Source of the DNA: Deltaproteobacteria bacterium
GTDB lineage: Bacteria; Myxococcota_A; UBA796; UBA9615
Assembly: GCA_002724675.1 (NCBI GenBank)
Contig: PBPL01000101.1
Location: forward strand, 8-64,007
Direction of reading: 5' to 3'
DNA: 64,000 bases
The position numbers were made by a program, and so were the translations under genes. Under the pieces are notes generated by a model. It worked only from the letters and a program-made list of their open reading frames with translations, had not been told where the DNA came from and made no database searches. Shown here one piece after another: positions 1 to 9,676 of this stretch (position 1 is the first letter of the stretch; every line of letters begins with the position of its first letter).

Positions 1-60
1 ACCGGCGACGAAAACACCGGCGACGAAAACACCGGCGACGAAAACACCGGCGACGAAAAC
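1..60 (+). repeat. Perfect 15-bp tandem repeat (ACCGGCGACGAAAAC) x4, in frame, encoding (TGDEN)4; it probably continues upstream of the window
   Basis: Direct reading: four identical 15-mers at 1-15, 16-30, 31-45 and 46-60, then a diverged fifth unit ACCGACACCGACGAT. Confidence 0.95.
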
Positions 61-870
61 ACCGACACCGACGATGGCGCGGCTGACGGTGACCAGGACC
101 CAACAACCGATCAAGACGACTCTCCAGCGGATCTGGACGATGCTGCCCTGGTGTATGCCGACTTCCCGCTGGAGTCGGAGTGCAACGGTGTCCGCTCGGC
201 AGCCGTCACGATGCAGAACACCGGAACCACTACATGGACCCGAGCCGACGGCTACAAGCTAGGAGCCGTCGATGACAGTGACCCCTTCTATGGTCCCGAC
301 ACGCGAGTGTGGTTGCCCGCCGACGCGGTCGTCCTTCCTGGTGACAACTGGACGTTCTACATCGACATGCAGGCTCCCTCGACTCCAGGCCTGCTGACGA
401 CGGACTGGCAAATGGTGCACGAAGCCGTCCAGTGGTTCGGAGAAGAGGCTGTAGGCGAGGTAGACGTCACCTGCGCGGACACCACCGAACCTTCCGGTTG
501 GACCACCCTCGCATGTGCTCGCAACGGCGCTGAGATCTGTGATGACGAGCTGTTCACAGCCCCTGGCCCGGGAGACCCACAGCTGGGCATCCTCTGTGAG
601 AACGGAGAAGGGGGCATCGGCTTTGTCTCTAGCAACACCGGCCCAGCCCAGTCCGATGGGGTCACTCGCTGCCAAGGCTGGGAGGACCAAGGGCTCGATG
701 CATGGGACTACCTCGACTACGTGGACTCCATCGTGTGCGACCAGGCCGGTGTCGTCCTACCCATCGACCTCAGCGCCTCGCCCGGCGGACACTTCTGGTT
801 CGGCGCCCACGACAACCCCGGTGGCGGGGGTCACATGACCAACATCTGCCTGGTGGAGTGGACTGGGTAG
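1..870 (+). CDS. 5'-partial secreted/low-complexity protein with an NBR1-like (Nbr1_FW type) Ig-fold domain
   Basis: Frame 1 is open from base 1 (TGDENTGDEN...DTDDGAADGDQD...) through the listed ORF 151..870 to TAG at 868-870. The segment NGVRSAAVTMQNTGTTTWTRADGYKLG...WTFYIDMQAPSTPGLLTTDWQMVHEAVQWFGE resembles NBR1-type domains. Confidence 0.6.
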   Translation, partial: TGDENTGDENTGDENTGDENTDTDDGAADGDQDPTTDQDDSPADLDDAALVYADFPLESECNGVRSAAVTMQNTGTTTWTRADGYKLGAVDDSDPFYGPDTRVWLPADAVVLPGDNWTFYIDMQAPSTPGLLTTDWQMVHEAVQWFGEEAVGEVDVTCADTTEPSGWTTLACARNGAEICDDELFTAPGPGDPQLGILCENGEGGIGFVSSNTGPAQSDGVTRCQGWEDQGLDAWDYLDYVDSIVCDQAGVVLPIDLSASPGGHFWFGAHDNPGGGGHMTNICLVEWTG

Positions 871-969
871 GCCTGGGTAAGTCTCGCGAGCCACGCGCTA
901 GCGAGCGAGGCGGTCAGTCGGCCCTCCCAAGCCAAGGGGCCGCAGAGTCTCGATCGCGGGGAGGACCCG

Positions 970-3210
970 TCAGGACTCCCAGAGGAAGTCCACTCTCAGC
1001 TTGAGATGAAGTGTCTCTTCGCCCCAGGCGTCGGCAGGGCTGTGGAAGACCAGAGTATTGCCCTGAACAATGTCCTGGCTGCTGTCCGGCGACTGCACGC
1101 GGGTCGTCACGGGCATCCACCACACGCCGACCGGACGGTCCAACTCGAACACCAAGCTCAGGCCTGCTTCCTGGTCTACCCACTCGAACCAGGTCAGGGC
1201 TCCTAAGTCGGCCGGCCCCGAGACAAGAGCGACGTCGTCCTCATTTCCGTCGCCCTCCCGACGAAGCACGACGGCAGCGGGATTGCCCGAAGGCAACCCA
1301 AAGGTCCACTCGAGGGCATGCCAAGCTTGCGCCGAGTCACGCGAGCGGTTCTGGATCTCGTGCAGTACATCGAGCCGAGGACGGCCCACTTCGAATCGAA
1401 ACGTCTTCTCCACCCGAAGCAGGAGACTGTGTTCCGTGTCCTGAACCACGCCGCTGCGCCCCACCGTCACAGCGCCCGCAGCCGAGAGCTCGTCCGATGT
1501 CTCTGGCGAAGACACCTTCATGACCTCAAAGGGCTGGGATGCGAAGTCGCCGAGTTCTCGAAACTGCCGTCGGGCGAAGCTCTCAAGGGTGGTCTCTGGC
1601 CCCAGGAAGTGGTCCTGAAAAGCTCCGCGCGGCAGCACGGCAGACCAATCGGCATGGTCTGGGGCATCCGCGCCATCGTCTCGGCCCCCCTCCTGGGCGA
1701 CGTCGTCAAAGACAAGGCACACCTCCGTGCCCTCTAGCCGCCGTTCCCCAGGCTCTTCACCACCCGAGAAGCTGGTCTGAAGAGCGATCTGGGCCTGGCG
1801 GAGGTCCAACTCGGACAGCGTACCGCCATCGACTGGATGGACGAGCGCCTGGAAATGAGGCGAGCGCACGCTGACCTCGTCGTGCCCATCGGCGTCGTTG
1901 TCCGCTGTCCCCGCCACCCAACCCCTGTTGGCTGGATCGTTCGCGGCCGCGTCCACGAGGCGCTCAGCTCTCAGCAGGTCGCCAAAGGTGCGTCTGCGGA
2001 GATCCGGGTCATAGATCCCCAAGTGGGATGAGCCCCCATGCCAGTACACACCGTTGTTCTGGGCACGCCAAAGGGCGTCGCAGGCACCGCGAACCACCTG
2101 GGCCAAGTCCATGGGATCCGAGCTTCCACCTCCCGCTTGACTTCGACGCTTCGCCGCGGCGCGCAATCGGTCGACCTTGTACGACACTCGAAGCATGCGC
2201 TTGTGAAGGCGGTTCGCCTCTGGATACTTCACTAGGAAGTTGGACCAAAGGACGCCCCCTAGCAGCCGCTGAACGTCCTCAGTGGTGCCATCCTGTTGCA
2301 TGTGGCGGATCAACCCCTGGCGACGAGCCACAGCCGACGCGGGAAGACTCCAGTTTCGCAGATCCGGGCGAGCGCCCAAGGGCAGATAGAGCCGACCGCT
2401 GCCCGGAGCCTGCGACCAAGCCTGGTCCAGCAGCTGGGTCTTGACCCACGGAAGCTCGTGCTCCAGGAGGTGAAACAGACTCTGGAGTCCGCCGTTTCCT
2501 AGTAGTGCTGAGCCATCCGCAACCAGCACCTCGAGATGTCCAGCCTCGCCGGCAGCCGTGGAGCGCACGCGCTTCCGACCCAGCCGTGACACCAGTTCCT
2601 TGATCTCCCCCGGCGGCTGAGAGGAAACAGCCTGAGACAACTCGCTTCCCATGGGGAACACCGAGATTGGGTGGCCAGCGCGCTCGGTTGTGTAGTGCCC
2701 GCCAAGCTCACCGGGGTGCAGGCCAGCTAAGACAAACTGGGCGTCGTCCAGCAGCGTGTAGCGAAGACCCGCACGTGCTAGGACCACCGGCAACCTAGGG
2801 TCCCAAGCGCGAAGGGGAAGCCAGACACCCTGAGGAGCCTTGCCGAGAGCCTGCTTGATGAGCTGGCGGGATGCCTGCAGCTGAGAGAGGGCGTCTCGCT
2901 CGGGGATTGAACCCAAGACTGGGTCGTACAGGCCACCGCCAAGCACCTCCACCCGGCCATCTCCCACGAGGCCCCGAAGGCTCGTCAGGAAAGCGGGTCG
3001 ATGGGCCTGTGCGTGCTGAAGTATCAACGCCGAGAAGTAGAGATTGAGTCGTAACCGGGGAGAATCACCCAACAGAGCAAGCAGGGGCTCGTAGACCTCT
3101 TCGAACGCCTGATTCAGGGTGTCGGTAGAGCAGTCCACCTCCTGTTGAAAATGAAGAACGATGGAGAGGCGGAGCGAAACACGCGGCGGCGACGACGACG
3201 GAGACGTCAC
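970..3210 (-). CDS. GH57-family alpha-amylase/4-alpha-glucanotransferase-like protein
   Basis: 746-aa ORF. The N-terminal LSIVLHFQQE...YEPLLALL...RLNLYFSALILQH...DGRVEVLGGGLYDPVL...ERDALSQL pattern is typical of the GH57 catalytic domain, and the long C-terminal region resembles the DUF1925/1926 regions. Co-directional with nuoN and immediately downstream of it. Confidence 0.65.
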   Translation of the reverse strand: MTSPSSSPPRVSLRLSIVLHFQQEVDCSTDTLNQAFEEVYEPLLALLGDSPRLRLNLYFSALILQHAQAHRPAFLTSLRGLVGDGRVEVLGGGLYDPVLGSIPERDALSQLQASRQLIKQALGKAPQGVWLPLRAWDPRLPVVLARAGLRYTLLDDAQFVLAGLHPGELGGHYTTERAGHPISVFPMGSELSQAVSSQPPGEIKELVSRLGRKRVRSTAAGEAGHLEVLVADGSALLGNGGLQSLFHLLEHELPWVKTQLLDQAWSQAPGSGRLYLPLGARPDLRNWSLPASAVARRQGLIRHMQQDGTTEDVQRLLGGVLWSNFLVKYPEANRLHKRMLRVSYKVDRLRAAAKRRSQAGGGSSDPMDLAQVVRGACDALWRAQNNGVYWHGGSSHLGIYDPDLRRRTFGDLLRAERLVDAAANDPANRGWVAGTADNDADGHDEVSVRSPHFQALVHPVDGGTLSELDLRQAQIALQTSFSGGEEPGERRLEGTEVCLVFDDVAQEGGRDDGADAPDHADWSAVLPRGAFQDHFLGPETTLESFARRQFRELGDFASQPFEVMKVSSPETSDELSAAGAVTVGRSGVVQDTEHSLLLRVEKTFRFEVGRPRLDVLHEIQNRSRDSAQAWHALEWTFGLPSGNPAAVVLRREGDGNEDDVALVSGPADLGALTWFEWVDQEAGLSLVFELDRPVGVWWMPVTTRVQSPDSSQDIVQGNTLVFHSPADAWGEETLHLKLRVDFLWES

Positions 3211-3235
3211 GGGCTAGGACCCCACAGACCTCAGA

Positions 3236-4735
3236 TCAACCAGCCAGCGCCAGGACGGCGGAGCTCAACCAGCCCAAATAGGACTCACTGAACACGCCCA
3301 GAGCACAGATCGCCAGAGACGTAAGCCCCATACAAAGAGCCACGCGGCGGTTGACCGGGATCACAGCGACCTCACAGCCCACTGTCGGCCGCATGAACAA
3401 CGCGATGACTGGGCGTAGGTAGTACGCGAACGAGACCGCGCTCGTCAGCAAGGCGAGGATTGTGAGGCCCACGTAGCCCTGAGCGACCGCAGCCTTGAAG
3501 ATGACAAACTTGCCAAAGAAGCCGACGAGGGGAGGAATGCCCGTGAGAGACAGCATGGCCAAGACCATCACCCCGCCCACCAGCGGGTGCCGAGCGCCCA
3601 GACCCTGCAGATCACTGAAGCGCTCAGCCTCGTGCCCCTGCCGGGACAGATATACGAGCACAGCAAAGGCTGCGACGTTGCCCACGGTATAGGCGAGAGC
3701 GTAGTAAAGCACCCCCGCCTGGGCCTCCGCAGATCCAGCCAGCACGCCCACGAGAATGTAGCCACCGTGGGCGATGGAGGAATACGCCAGCATTCGCTTC
3801 ACGTTGTCCTGCACCAGCGCCATGAAGTTGCCCACGACCATGGTGAAGGCCGCGACAACCCAGAGCATGCCGTCCAAGCCCAATACCGCCAGCAGAGGTC
3901 CCCCAAAGACACGCAGCAGCACAGCAGCCGCGGTCGCCTTCACCGCCACCGACATGAAAGCCACAAACGGGAGCGGGGCGCCCTCATACACATCGGGAGT
4001 CCACATGTGGAACGGTGCAGCAGAGATCTTGAAGAGCAGCCCTATGAGAACGAGCAGTCCACCTGCTCGCGCATACAGGGGCAGTGCCTCTGCGTTGGCC
4101 ATCAAGGTGGTTTGGAGGGGCTCCAGTTGGGTCGTGGCCACGCCTCCAACCAAGCCCTGGTAGCCGTAAAGAAGGGCGAAACCAAACAACATGATCGCTG
4201 TCGCGAAGGCGCCCAGCACGAGGTACTTGACGCCCGCCTCCACGGAGCGGTCCTCCCAGCGCAGCAAGGCAGCCAAGCAATAGACGGGGATGGACATCAC
4301 CTCGAGGCCGAGGAACAGCGTGACCATGTCTCCCGCGGAGACCATGTACATCATTCCTGAAGTAGCAAACAGGACCAGCGCATGAGCCGCACCCGAGGAC
4401 AGTCGTCGTCGACGCAACCAGCTATCCGAGAGCAACAGACTGAGAGCCGCGCCCACGAGCACAACCAGCTTAAAGAACAGCGAAAACCGATCCGCCACGA
4501 ACAGGCCGTTGAACGAACTCCGCGGTCCTTCAATGTTCCACAGGACGGCCGGGATCCAGGCCGCGGCAACCACACATCCAACCACCGAGAGCGCGAGGGT
4601 CGTGTCCCGAGGGTCCTCCTCTCCGGGTCTTGGGCCACCCCCATGAAGCACTGCATCCAGCAGCAGGACCAGCACCGCACTACCGAGCACCACAAGCTCG
4701 GGAATCATCAGTGAGAAATGGAGATCGGTCGGCAT
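3236..4735 (-). CDS. nuoN: NADH-quinone oxidoreductase subunit N
   Basis: Polytopic antiporter-like protein in the last position of the nuo operon. I place the start at ATG 4733-4735 (MPTDLHFSLMIPELVVLG...), 4 nt after the nuoM stop. The listed ORF extends to 4834 but would overlap nuoM. Confidence 0.9.
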   Translation of the reverse strand: MPTDLHFSLMIPELVVLGSAVLVLLLDAVLHGGGPRPGEEDPRDTTLALSVVGCVVAAAWIPAVLWNIEGPRSSFNGLFVADRFSLFFKLVVLVGAALSLLLSDSWLRRRRLSSGAAHALVLFATSGMMYMVSAGDMVTLFLGLEVMSIPVYCLAALLRWEDRSVEAGVKYLVLGAFATAIMLFGFALLYGYQGLVGGVATTQLEPLQTTLMANAEALPLYARAGGLLVLIGLLFKISAAPFHMWTPDVYEGAPLPFVAFMSVAVKATAAAVLLRVFGGPLLAVLGLDGMLWVVAAFTMVVGNFMALVQDNVKRMLAYSSIAHGGYILVGVLAGSAEAQAGVLYYALAYTVGNVAAFAVLVYLSRQGHEAERFSDLQGLGARHPLVGGVMVLAMLSLTGIPPLVGFFGKFVIFKAAVAQGYVGLTILALLTSAVSFAYYLRPVIALFMRPTVGCEVAVIPVNRRVALCMGLTSLAICALGVFSESYLGWLSSAVLALAG

Positions 4736-4739
4736 GGCC

Positions 4740-6422
4740 TCAGTCCCCTCCCCCCTCAGAGCCCTCGGACTGGGCATCTCCCGAGGCAGCGAGGCGGCTG
4801 TGGAGCTCCCCTGATGGGTTGGCTGGAGACCCAAAGCCTTGTGGCAGGCTTGCTGCCTTCTTCTCTCCAGCCCTGATCTGCTCGATCCAGGCCTCTACAG
4901 TCGGCTCCATCTTGTCGATGAAAGGCTTCGGATACAGACCCATCCAGAAGATCATGAGCAACAGCGGCGCAAACACGAGGCCCTCGCGGGCGCTGAGGTC
5001 CTTGAGACCAAGCCATCGGCTCTGGAGTATGGGCCCGAAGAACACCCGCTCGATCATCCAGAGCAAGTACACCGCCCCGAGCACCACACCGGTCGCGGCA
5101 ACCACTACGTAGCCGTAGGAGGACCAGAATGAGCCTGTCTGGGCAAAGGCCTCGTGACCCCACTGGAAGGCACCCAGCAGAGTCAGGAACTCGCCGACAA
5201 ACCCATTGGTGCCCGGTAGCCCCGCGGAGCTGAGCGCTACGACGATGAACACTGTCGTGTAGATGGGCATGACCTTTGCCAGGCCACCAAAGTCCCAGAT
5301 GCGGCGGGTGTGGGTGCGGTCGTAGAGAACGCCAACCAACAAGAAGAGAGCCCCTGTGCTGATACCGTGATTCAGCATCTGCAAGATGCCACCTTCCACG
5401 CCTTGGGGATTCAGCACGAAGATACCCAACATGATGTAGCCCATGTGGGAGACGGAGCTGTACGCAACCAGCTTCTTCATGTCGGGCTGAATCATGGCGA
5501 CCAGCGCCCCGTAGACGATGCCCACGACCGCCAAGACCAGAATCACCCAGGCCCACTCGGCAACAGCTGCGGGGAACAGAGGCATCCCCAGCCGCAAGAA
5601 GCCGTATGTCCCCATCTTGAGCAGCACGCCCGCAAGCACGACCGATCCAGCCGTCGGCGCCTGCACGTGGGCATCGGGCAACCAGGTGTGCAGTGGGAAC
5701 ATGGGCACCTTGACGGCGAAGGCCAACGCGAAGGCCAGGAACAGCCAAGCCTGAACGTCTGCGCCCATCTGAACTCGATAGAGATCCGTGAACTCCAGAG
5801 ACCAGGGGGACAGCGCCGCTGCTGGCCCCAGCAGACCGGCCACTGCCTGCTCATGGTGCAACCAGTACAGGTAGAAGATGGCGACCAGCATGAGCATCGA
5901 GCCGAACACGGTGTACAGCACGAACTTCAACGTGGCGTAGAGTCGCTCCTTTCCACCCCAGATCCCGATGAGGAAGAACATGGGGATCAGCATCAGCTCC
6001 CAGAAGACATAAAAGACTGCGAGGTTCTGAGCCACGAAGGCACCGAGCATGGCGGTCTGCAGTGCCAGGAGGTGGAAGAAGAACTCGGTGTGCCTTCGAG
6101 ACACAGAGTCCCAGGCGCCCAGGATGACGATGGGCCCCAGGAACGTCGTCAGCATCACCAACCACACGGAGATGCCATCGATGCCCAGGTGCCAGGTCAG
6201 GCCCCAGGTGGGGATCCAAGCGTAGTTCTCCGCGAACTGCATTCCCGCGGCCACGCCGTCGTAGCCCAAGAGAGGCAACGACACGACAAAGCCGAGAACG
6301 GCCGTTGCGAGAGCCACCCACCGAACCGCGCCCTCCGCACCCTTTGGGACAGCGAACAGCAACAGACCACCCACGAGGGGCAAGAACGTGACAATGGTCA
6401 GCAGGGGCAGGCTATCCATCAC
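4740..6422 (-). CDS. nuoM: NADH-quinone oxidoreductase subunit M
   Basis: 560-aa antiporter-like subunit (WLPDAHVQAPTAGSVVLAGVLLKMGTYG motif). GTGA overlap with the nuoL stop. Confidence 0.93.
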   Translation of the reverse strand: MMDSLPLLTIVTFLPLVGGLLLFAVPKGAEGAVRWVALATAVLGFVVSLPLLGYDGVAAGMQFAENYAWIPTWGLTWHLGIDGISVWLVMLTTFLGPIVILGAWDSVSRRHTEFFFHLLALQTAMLGAFVAQNLAVFYVFWELMLIPMFFLIGIWGGKERLYATLKFVLYTVFGSMLMLVAIFYLYWLHHEQAVAGLLGPAAALSPWSLEFTDLYRVQMGADVQAWLFLAFALAFAVKVPMFPLHTWLPDAHVQAPTAGSVVLAGVLLKMGTYGFLRLGMPLFPAAVAEWAWVILVLAVVGIVYGALVAMIQPDMKKLVAYSSVSHMGYIMLGIFVLNPQGVEGGILQMLNHGISTGALFLLVGVLYDRTHTRRIWDFGGLAKVMPIYTTVFIVVALSSAGLPGTNGFVGEFLTLLGAFQWGHEAFAQTGSFWSSYGYVVVAATGVVLGAVYLLWMIERVFFGPILQSRWLGLKDLSAREGLVFAPLLLMIFWMGLYPKPFIDKMEPTVEAWIEQIRAGEKKAASLPQGFGSPANPSGELHSRLAASGDAQSEGSEGGGD

Positions 6423-8590
6423 GTCCCCACTCCAAACCCGACAATCACCAAGAGCAACACCACCATGCCGGCCACCATGATTGTGGCGTAGTTGCCCACG
6501 TCACCATCCTGCGCGCGCCCCATCTTGTCGGCGGCCTGCTTACAGAAAGACGCCACACCGTTGACCAAGCCATCGATGATGACCTCATCGACGATGCGCC
6601 AGAGCACCTCTCGCGACACGAAAACCAGCGGCTTCAGGAGCACAGACTCGTACAGCTCGTCGACGTACCACTTGTTCCACAGCAGGTCGTGAAGCCAAGG
6701 CGACTTCTCGGCAAAGATGTCGCGCAGGGCATCCTTACCGCCGCCCCAGAGCAGCCACGTCAGGAAGATCGACAGCCCTGCCACTCCAAGACTCAGGGCC
6801 ATCAGCCCGTACTCCATGGCGTGGTTGTGAGCCATCGTGGGGTCGAGCGCCACGGTGCTGTACTGGAATACCGGGTGAAGCCAGTCATGGAGGAGATTGG
6901 GAAACCCAAAGTGCCCGCCCAACACGGCAGGCACACCCAGGAAGCCACCCACCAAGCTGAGCACGCCCAGCACCATCAGAGGCACTGTCATCGTCCACGG
7001 GCTCTCCTGCGGGTCGCCATGGGCGTGGTGGTGGTGGTCGTCGTCGGCCGACTCAGCCCCGTGGTCGTGACCGTGTCCTTCGGGCACCCCTCGATGCTCA
7101 CCCCAGAATGTCATCCACAAGATGCGGAACATGTAGAAGGCGGTGCAGAAGGCCGCCAGCAAAACCACCGCGTAGATGAGCGTGCCTCCGCGCTGCGAGG
7201 CAATGGCGTTCCAGAGGATCTCGTCCTTCGAGAAGAATCCGGCAAACGGAAAGATCCCGGCAATGGCCAGCGTGGCGAACAAGAACGTCCAGTGGGTGGT
7301 GGGCATGAAGCGCTTCAGCCCGCCATAGAAGCGCATGTCTTGCTCGTGATGCATCGCGAGGATCACCGATCCAGAGCCGAGGAACAGACAGGCCTTGAAG
7401 AAGGCGTGGGTCATCAGGTGGAACACGCCGACAGCCCAGGCGCCGGCGCCCATAGCAACGAACATGAAGCCCAGCTGGCTCACCGTGGAGTAAGCCAGCA
7501 CCTTCTTGATGTCGTTTTGAACCAGCCCAATGGTCGCCGCCAGGAGCGCGGTGGAAGCCCCCACGACGATCACGACGTAACAGGCGAACTCAGCGTGGAA
7601 GAAGACGCCGTTGAGTCGAGCCACCATGTACACGCCTGCGGTCACCATGGTGGCCGCGTGAATCAAAGCCGAGACCGGGGTCGGCCCAGCCATGGCGTCG
7701 GGCAGCCAGATGTAGAGCGGGATCTGGGCGGACTTGCCGCAAGCGCCCACAAAGAGCAGCAGAGCTGCAGCTTCTAGAGTCCACAGCGGGACCGTAGCTG
7801 GGAGACTCCCCTGAGGCACTGCGAGGGCTTGGTTGATGGCCTGGGGCTCGAGCGTCCCGAATACAGCAAACAGCATCATCATGCCCAGGGCGAAGCCGAA
7901 GTCGCCCACCCGGTTGGTCACGAAAGCCTTCTTGCCTGCCCTGGCGTTGGCGCGATCCTCGAACCAGAACCCAATGAGCAAGTACGAGCACAAGCCGACC
8001 CCCTCCCAGCCCAGGAACAGGACCAAGAGGTTGTCGCCCAGAACGAGGCAGAGCATCGAGAACAAGAAGAGGTTCAGGTAAGCGAAAAATCGTGCATAGC
8101 CCGGGTCCCCCTTCATGTAGCCGATGGAGTAGAGGTGGATCAGGAAGCCCACATTGGTCACGACGAGCAGCATCACGGCCGCCAGCGGGTCCAGCCACAG
8201 CGCAAAGTCCGCCTGGAAGGATCCCACGTGGATCCAGGGGAAGAGGTTCTGGTGCAGACCGAAGTTCCCACCAGCCGCGTGCCCGGGCCCGCTCAGCTGA
8301 ACCAGGTCCAAGACCAGCTTCCAGGACAAGAGGGCCGACAAAGCCACCGTGCCGCAGCCGACCAAGTTGACCCCCTGGGTGCCGAGGCGCTTGCCCAGGA
8401 ACCCATTCAGCGCAGCCCCCAGGAGTGGCAACAAGATCACCACCGCCAAGAGCGAGGTCGCCTCCACCGTCGGGGCTACTGCGACAATCGGGCCTTCGGC
8501 CGCGCCGTGCCCACCGCCCGCTCCATGCGCGACAGCTTGGCCGGCACTGGCGGCGATAGCCTGAGCGGTCTGGGCGAGGAGAGGTTGCAC
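6419..8590 (-). CDS. nuoL: NADH-quinone oxidoreductase subunit L
   Basis: 723-aa antiporter-like subunit with the C-terminal lateral-helix region. Motifs LGWEGVGLCSYLLIGFW and WLPDAMAGPTPVSALIHAATMVTAGVY. GTG start 6 nt after the nuoK stop. Confidence 0.93.
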   Translation of the reverse strand: MQPLLAQTAQAIAASAGQAVAHGAGGGHGAAEGPIVAVAPTVEATSLLAVVILLPLLGAALNGFLGKRLGTQGVNLVGCGTVALSALLSWKLVLDLVQLSGPGHAAGGNFGLHQNLFPWIHVGSFQADFALWLDPLAAVMLLVVTNVGFLIHLYSIGYMKGDPGYARFFAYLNLFLFSMLCLVLGDNLLVLFLGWEGVGLCSYLLIGFWFEDRANARAGKKAFVTNRVGDFGFALGMMMLFAVFGTLEPQAINQALAVPQGSLPATVPLWTLEAAALLLFVGACGKSAQIPLYIWLPDAMAGPTPVSALIHAATMVTAGVYMVARLNGVFFHAEFACYVVIVVGASTALLAATIGLVQNDIKKVLAYSTVSQLGFMFVAMGAGAWAVGVFHLMTHAFFKACLFLGSGSVILAMHHEQDMRFYGGLKRFMPTTHWTFLFATLAIAGIFPFAGFFSKDEILWNAIASQRGGTLIYAVVLLAAFCTAFYMFRILWMTFWGEHRGVPEGHGHDHGAESADDDHHHHAHGDPQESPWTMTVPLMVLGVLSLVGGFLGVPAVLGGHFGFPNLLHDWLHPVFQYSTVALDPTMAHNHAMEYGLMALSLGVAGLSIFLTWLLWGGGKDALRDIFAEKSPWLHDLLWNKWYVDELYESVLLKPLVFVSREVLWRIVDEVIIDGLVNGVASFCKQAADKMGRAQDGDVGNYATIMVAGMVVLLLVIVGFGVGT

Positions 8591-8596
8591 GATCCG

Positions 8597-8896
8597 CTAA
8601 CCCCGCATCGAGTGAAAGACGTCGACAGAGAGGCTTCGTTTCTGCCGGTACATGTTCACCAGGATCGCCATACCAATGGCGACCTCGACCGCCGCCACGA
8701 CAAAGATCATGAGCACCATCACCTGCCCGTCGTGATCCACCATCTGGCGTGAGAATGAGACAAAGGCCAGGTTCACCGCGTTGAGCATCAGCTCGATGCT
8801 CATGAGCACGACGATCAGGTTGCGACGCACCATGACACCCGCCGCTCCCACGACGAAGAGTACGAAAGCAACGATGAGCAGATGATCGAGAGGCAT
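8597..8896 (-). CDS. nuoK: NADH-quinone oxidoreductase subunit K
   Basis: 99-aa protein with three TM helices (LMSIELMLNAVNLAFV motif), at the operon position between nuoJ and nuoL. Confidence 0.93.
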   Translation of the reverse strand: MPLDHLLIVAFVLFVVGAAGVMVRRNLIVVLMSIELMLNAVNLAFVSFSRQMVDHDGQVMVLMIFVVAAVEVAIGMAILVNMYRQKRSLSVDVFHSMRG

Positions 8897-9615
8897 CAGA
8901 CTGCTCCCTCAGTGTCCTGGGCCTCAGACGACCCGGAAGCATCGGCGATCGAGCCCGGCTGAATGGCCGGCGGTGGAACCGAGGGCTCCAGTTCTCCGGG
9001 CTTTCGGCCCGTCAGCAAGATGGCTCCCACGATGCCGGCCAACAAGAGCACCGACGCAATCTCGAACGGCAGCACAAAAGGACCCAACAGATTGGCTCCG
9101 ACCGCTTCGACCGTGCCGAAGCAGATCGCAACACCGGCGCAATCGGTGTCTGCACAGTCCGTCATGTTGTCGCCGTCCTGATCGACACCGTCGCCACAGT
9201 CGGTCTCACAAGCGACACCAGGGGGGCAGACCACGGGTCCTTGTGCGAGAGGGGGTGCGGCAGCGTCACCAGCCACGGAGATCATCCCCTGCCCCAGGAG
9301 AAGCAGTAACAGAGCCAGCAGGGGAAGGCCCATCAGCCCGGCCTTGCGGTACACCGTCTGTGCATCGGCGCTGCCCAAGTCGAGCAACATGATGATGTAA
9401 ACCACCAGAATCATGATGGCGCCCGCATAGATAATGACCTGCAAGGCGGCGATCAGGTGGGCGTCGAGGAGCGCGTAGATCCCCGCCAAGGACAGCATGG
9501 AGAACAGCAAACTGATGGCCCCGTGAATGGGGTGCTTGCAGAGCACGAGGCCCAGTCCACCAGCGACGGCCATGCCGCTGAAGACGTAGAGCAGTGCAAC
9601 GCTGAAGTCCATCAT
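8896..9615 (-). CDS. nuoJ: NADH-quinone oxidoreductase subunit J, with an unusual Cys/Asp-rich loop insert
   Basis: Start chosen at ATG 9613-9615 (MMDFSVALLYVFSG...), preceded by AGGAA. NuoJ-like TM helices (AALQVIIYAGAIMILVVYIIML). Ends with a 1-nt overlap onto nuoK. Confidence 0.88.
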   Translation of the reverse strand: MMDFSVALLYVFSGMAVAGGLGLVLCKHPIHGAISLLFSMLSLAGIYALLDAHLIAALQVIIYAGAIMILVVYIIMLLDLGSADAQTVYRKAGLMGLPLLALLLLLLGQGMISVAGDAAAPPLAQGPVVCPPGVACETDCGDGVDQDGDNMTDCADTDCAGVAICFGTVEAVGANLLGPFVLPFEIASVLLLAGIVGAILLTGRKPGELEPSVPPPAIQPGSIADASGSSEAQDTEGAV

Positions 9616-9676
9616 CAGTTTCCTACTTGGGGGCTGTGCAAGCGCCCTGGTGCGCAATGAGGCTGGCCCCTGTGGG

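Noticed and set aside
7019-7075. His-rich loop in NuoL (HGHDHGAESADDDHHHHAHGD), considered as a possible metal-binding novelty.
   Set aside because: As far as I recall, a His-rich segment immediately before the conserved ESPW..T helix is common in bacterial NuoL. It is not distinctive enough to report.
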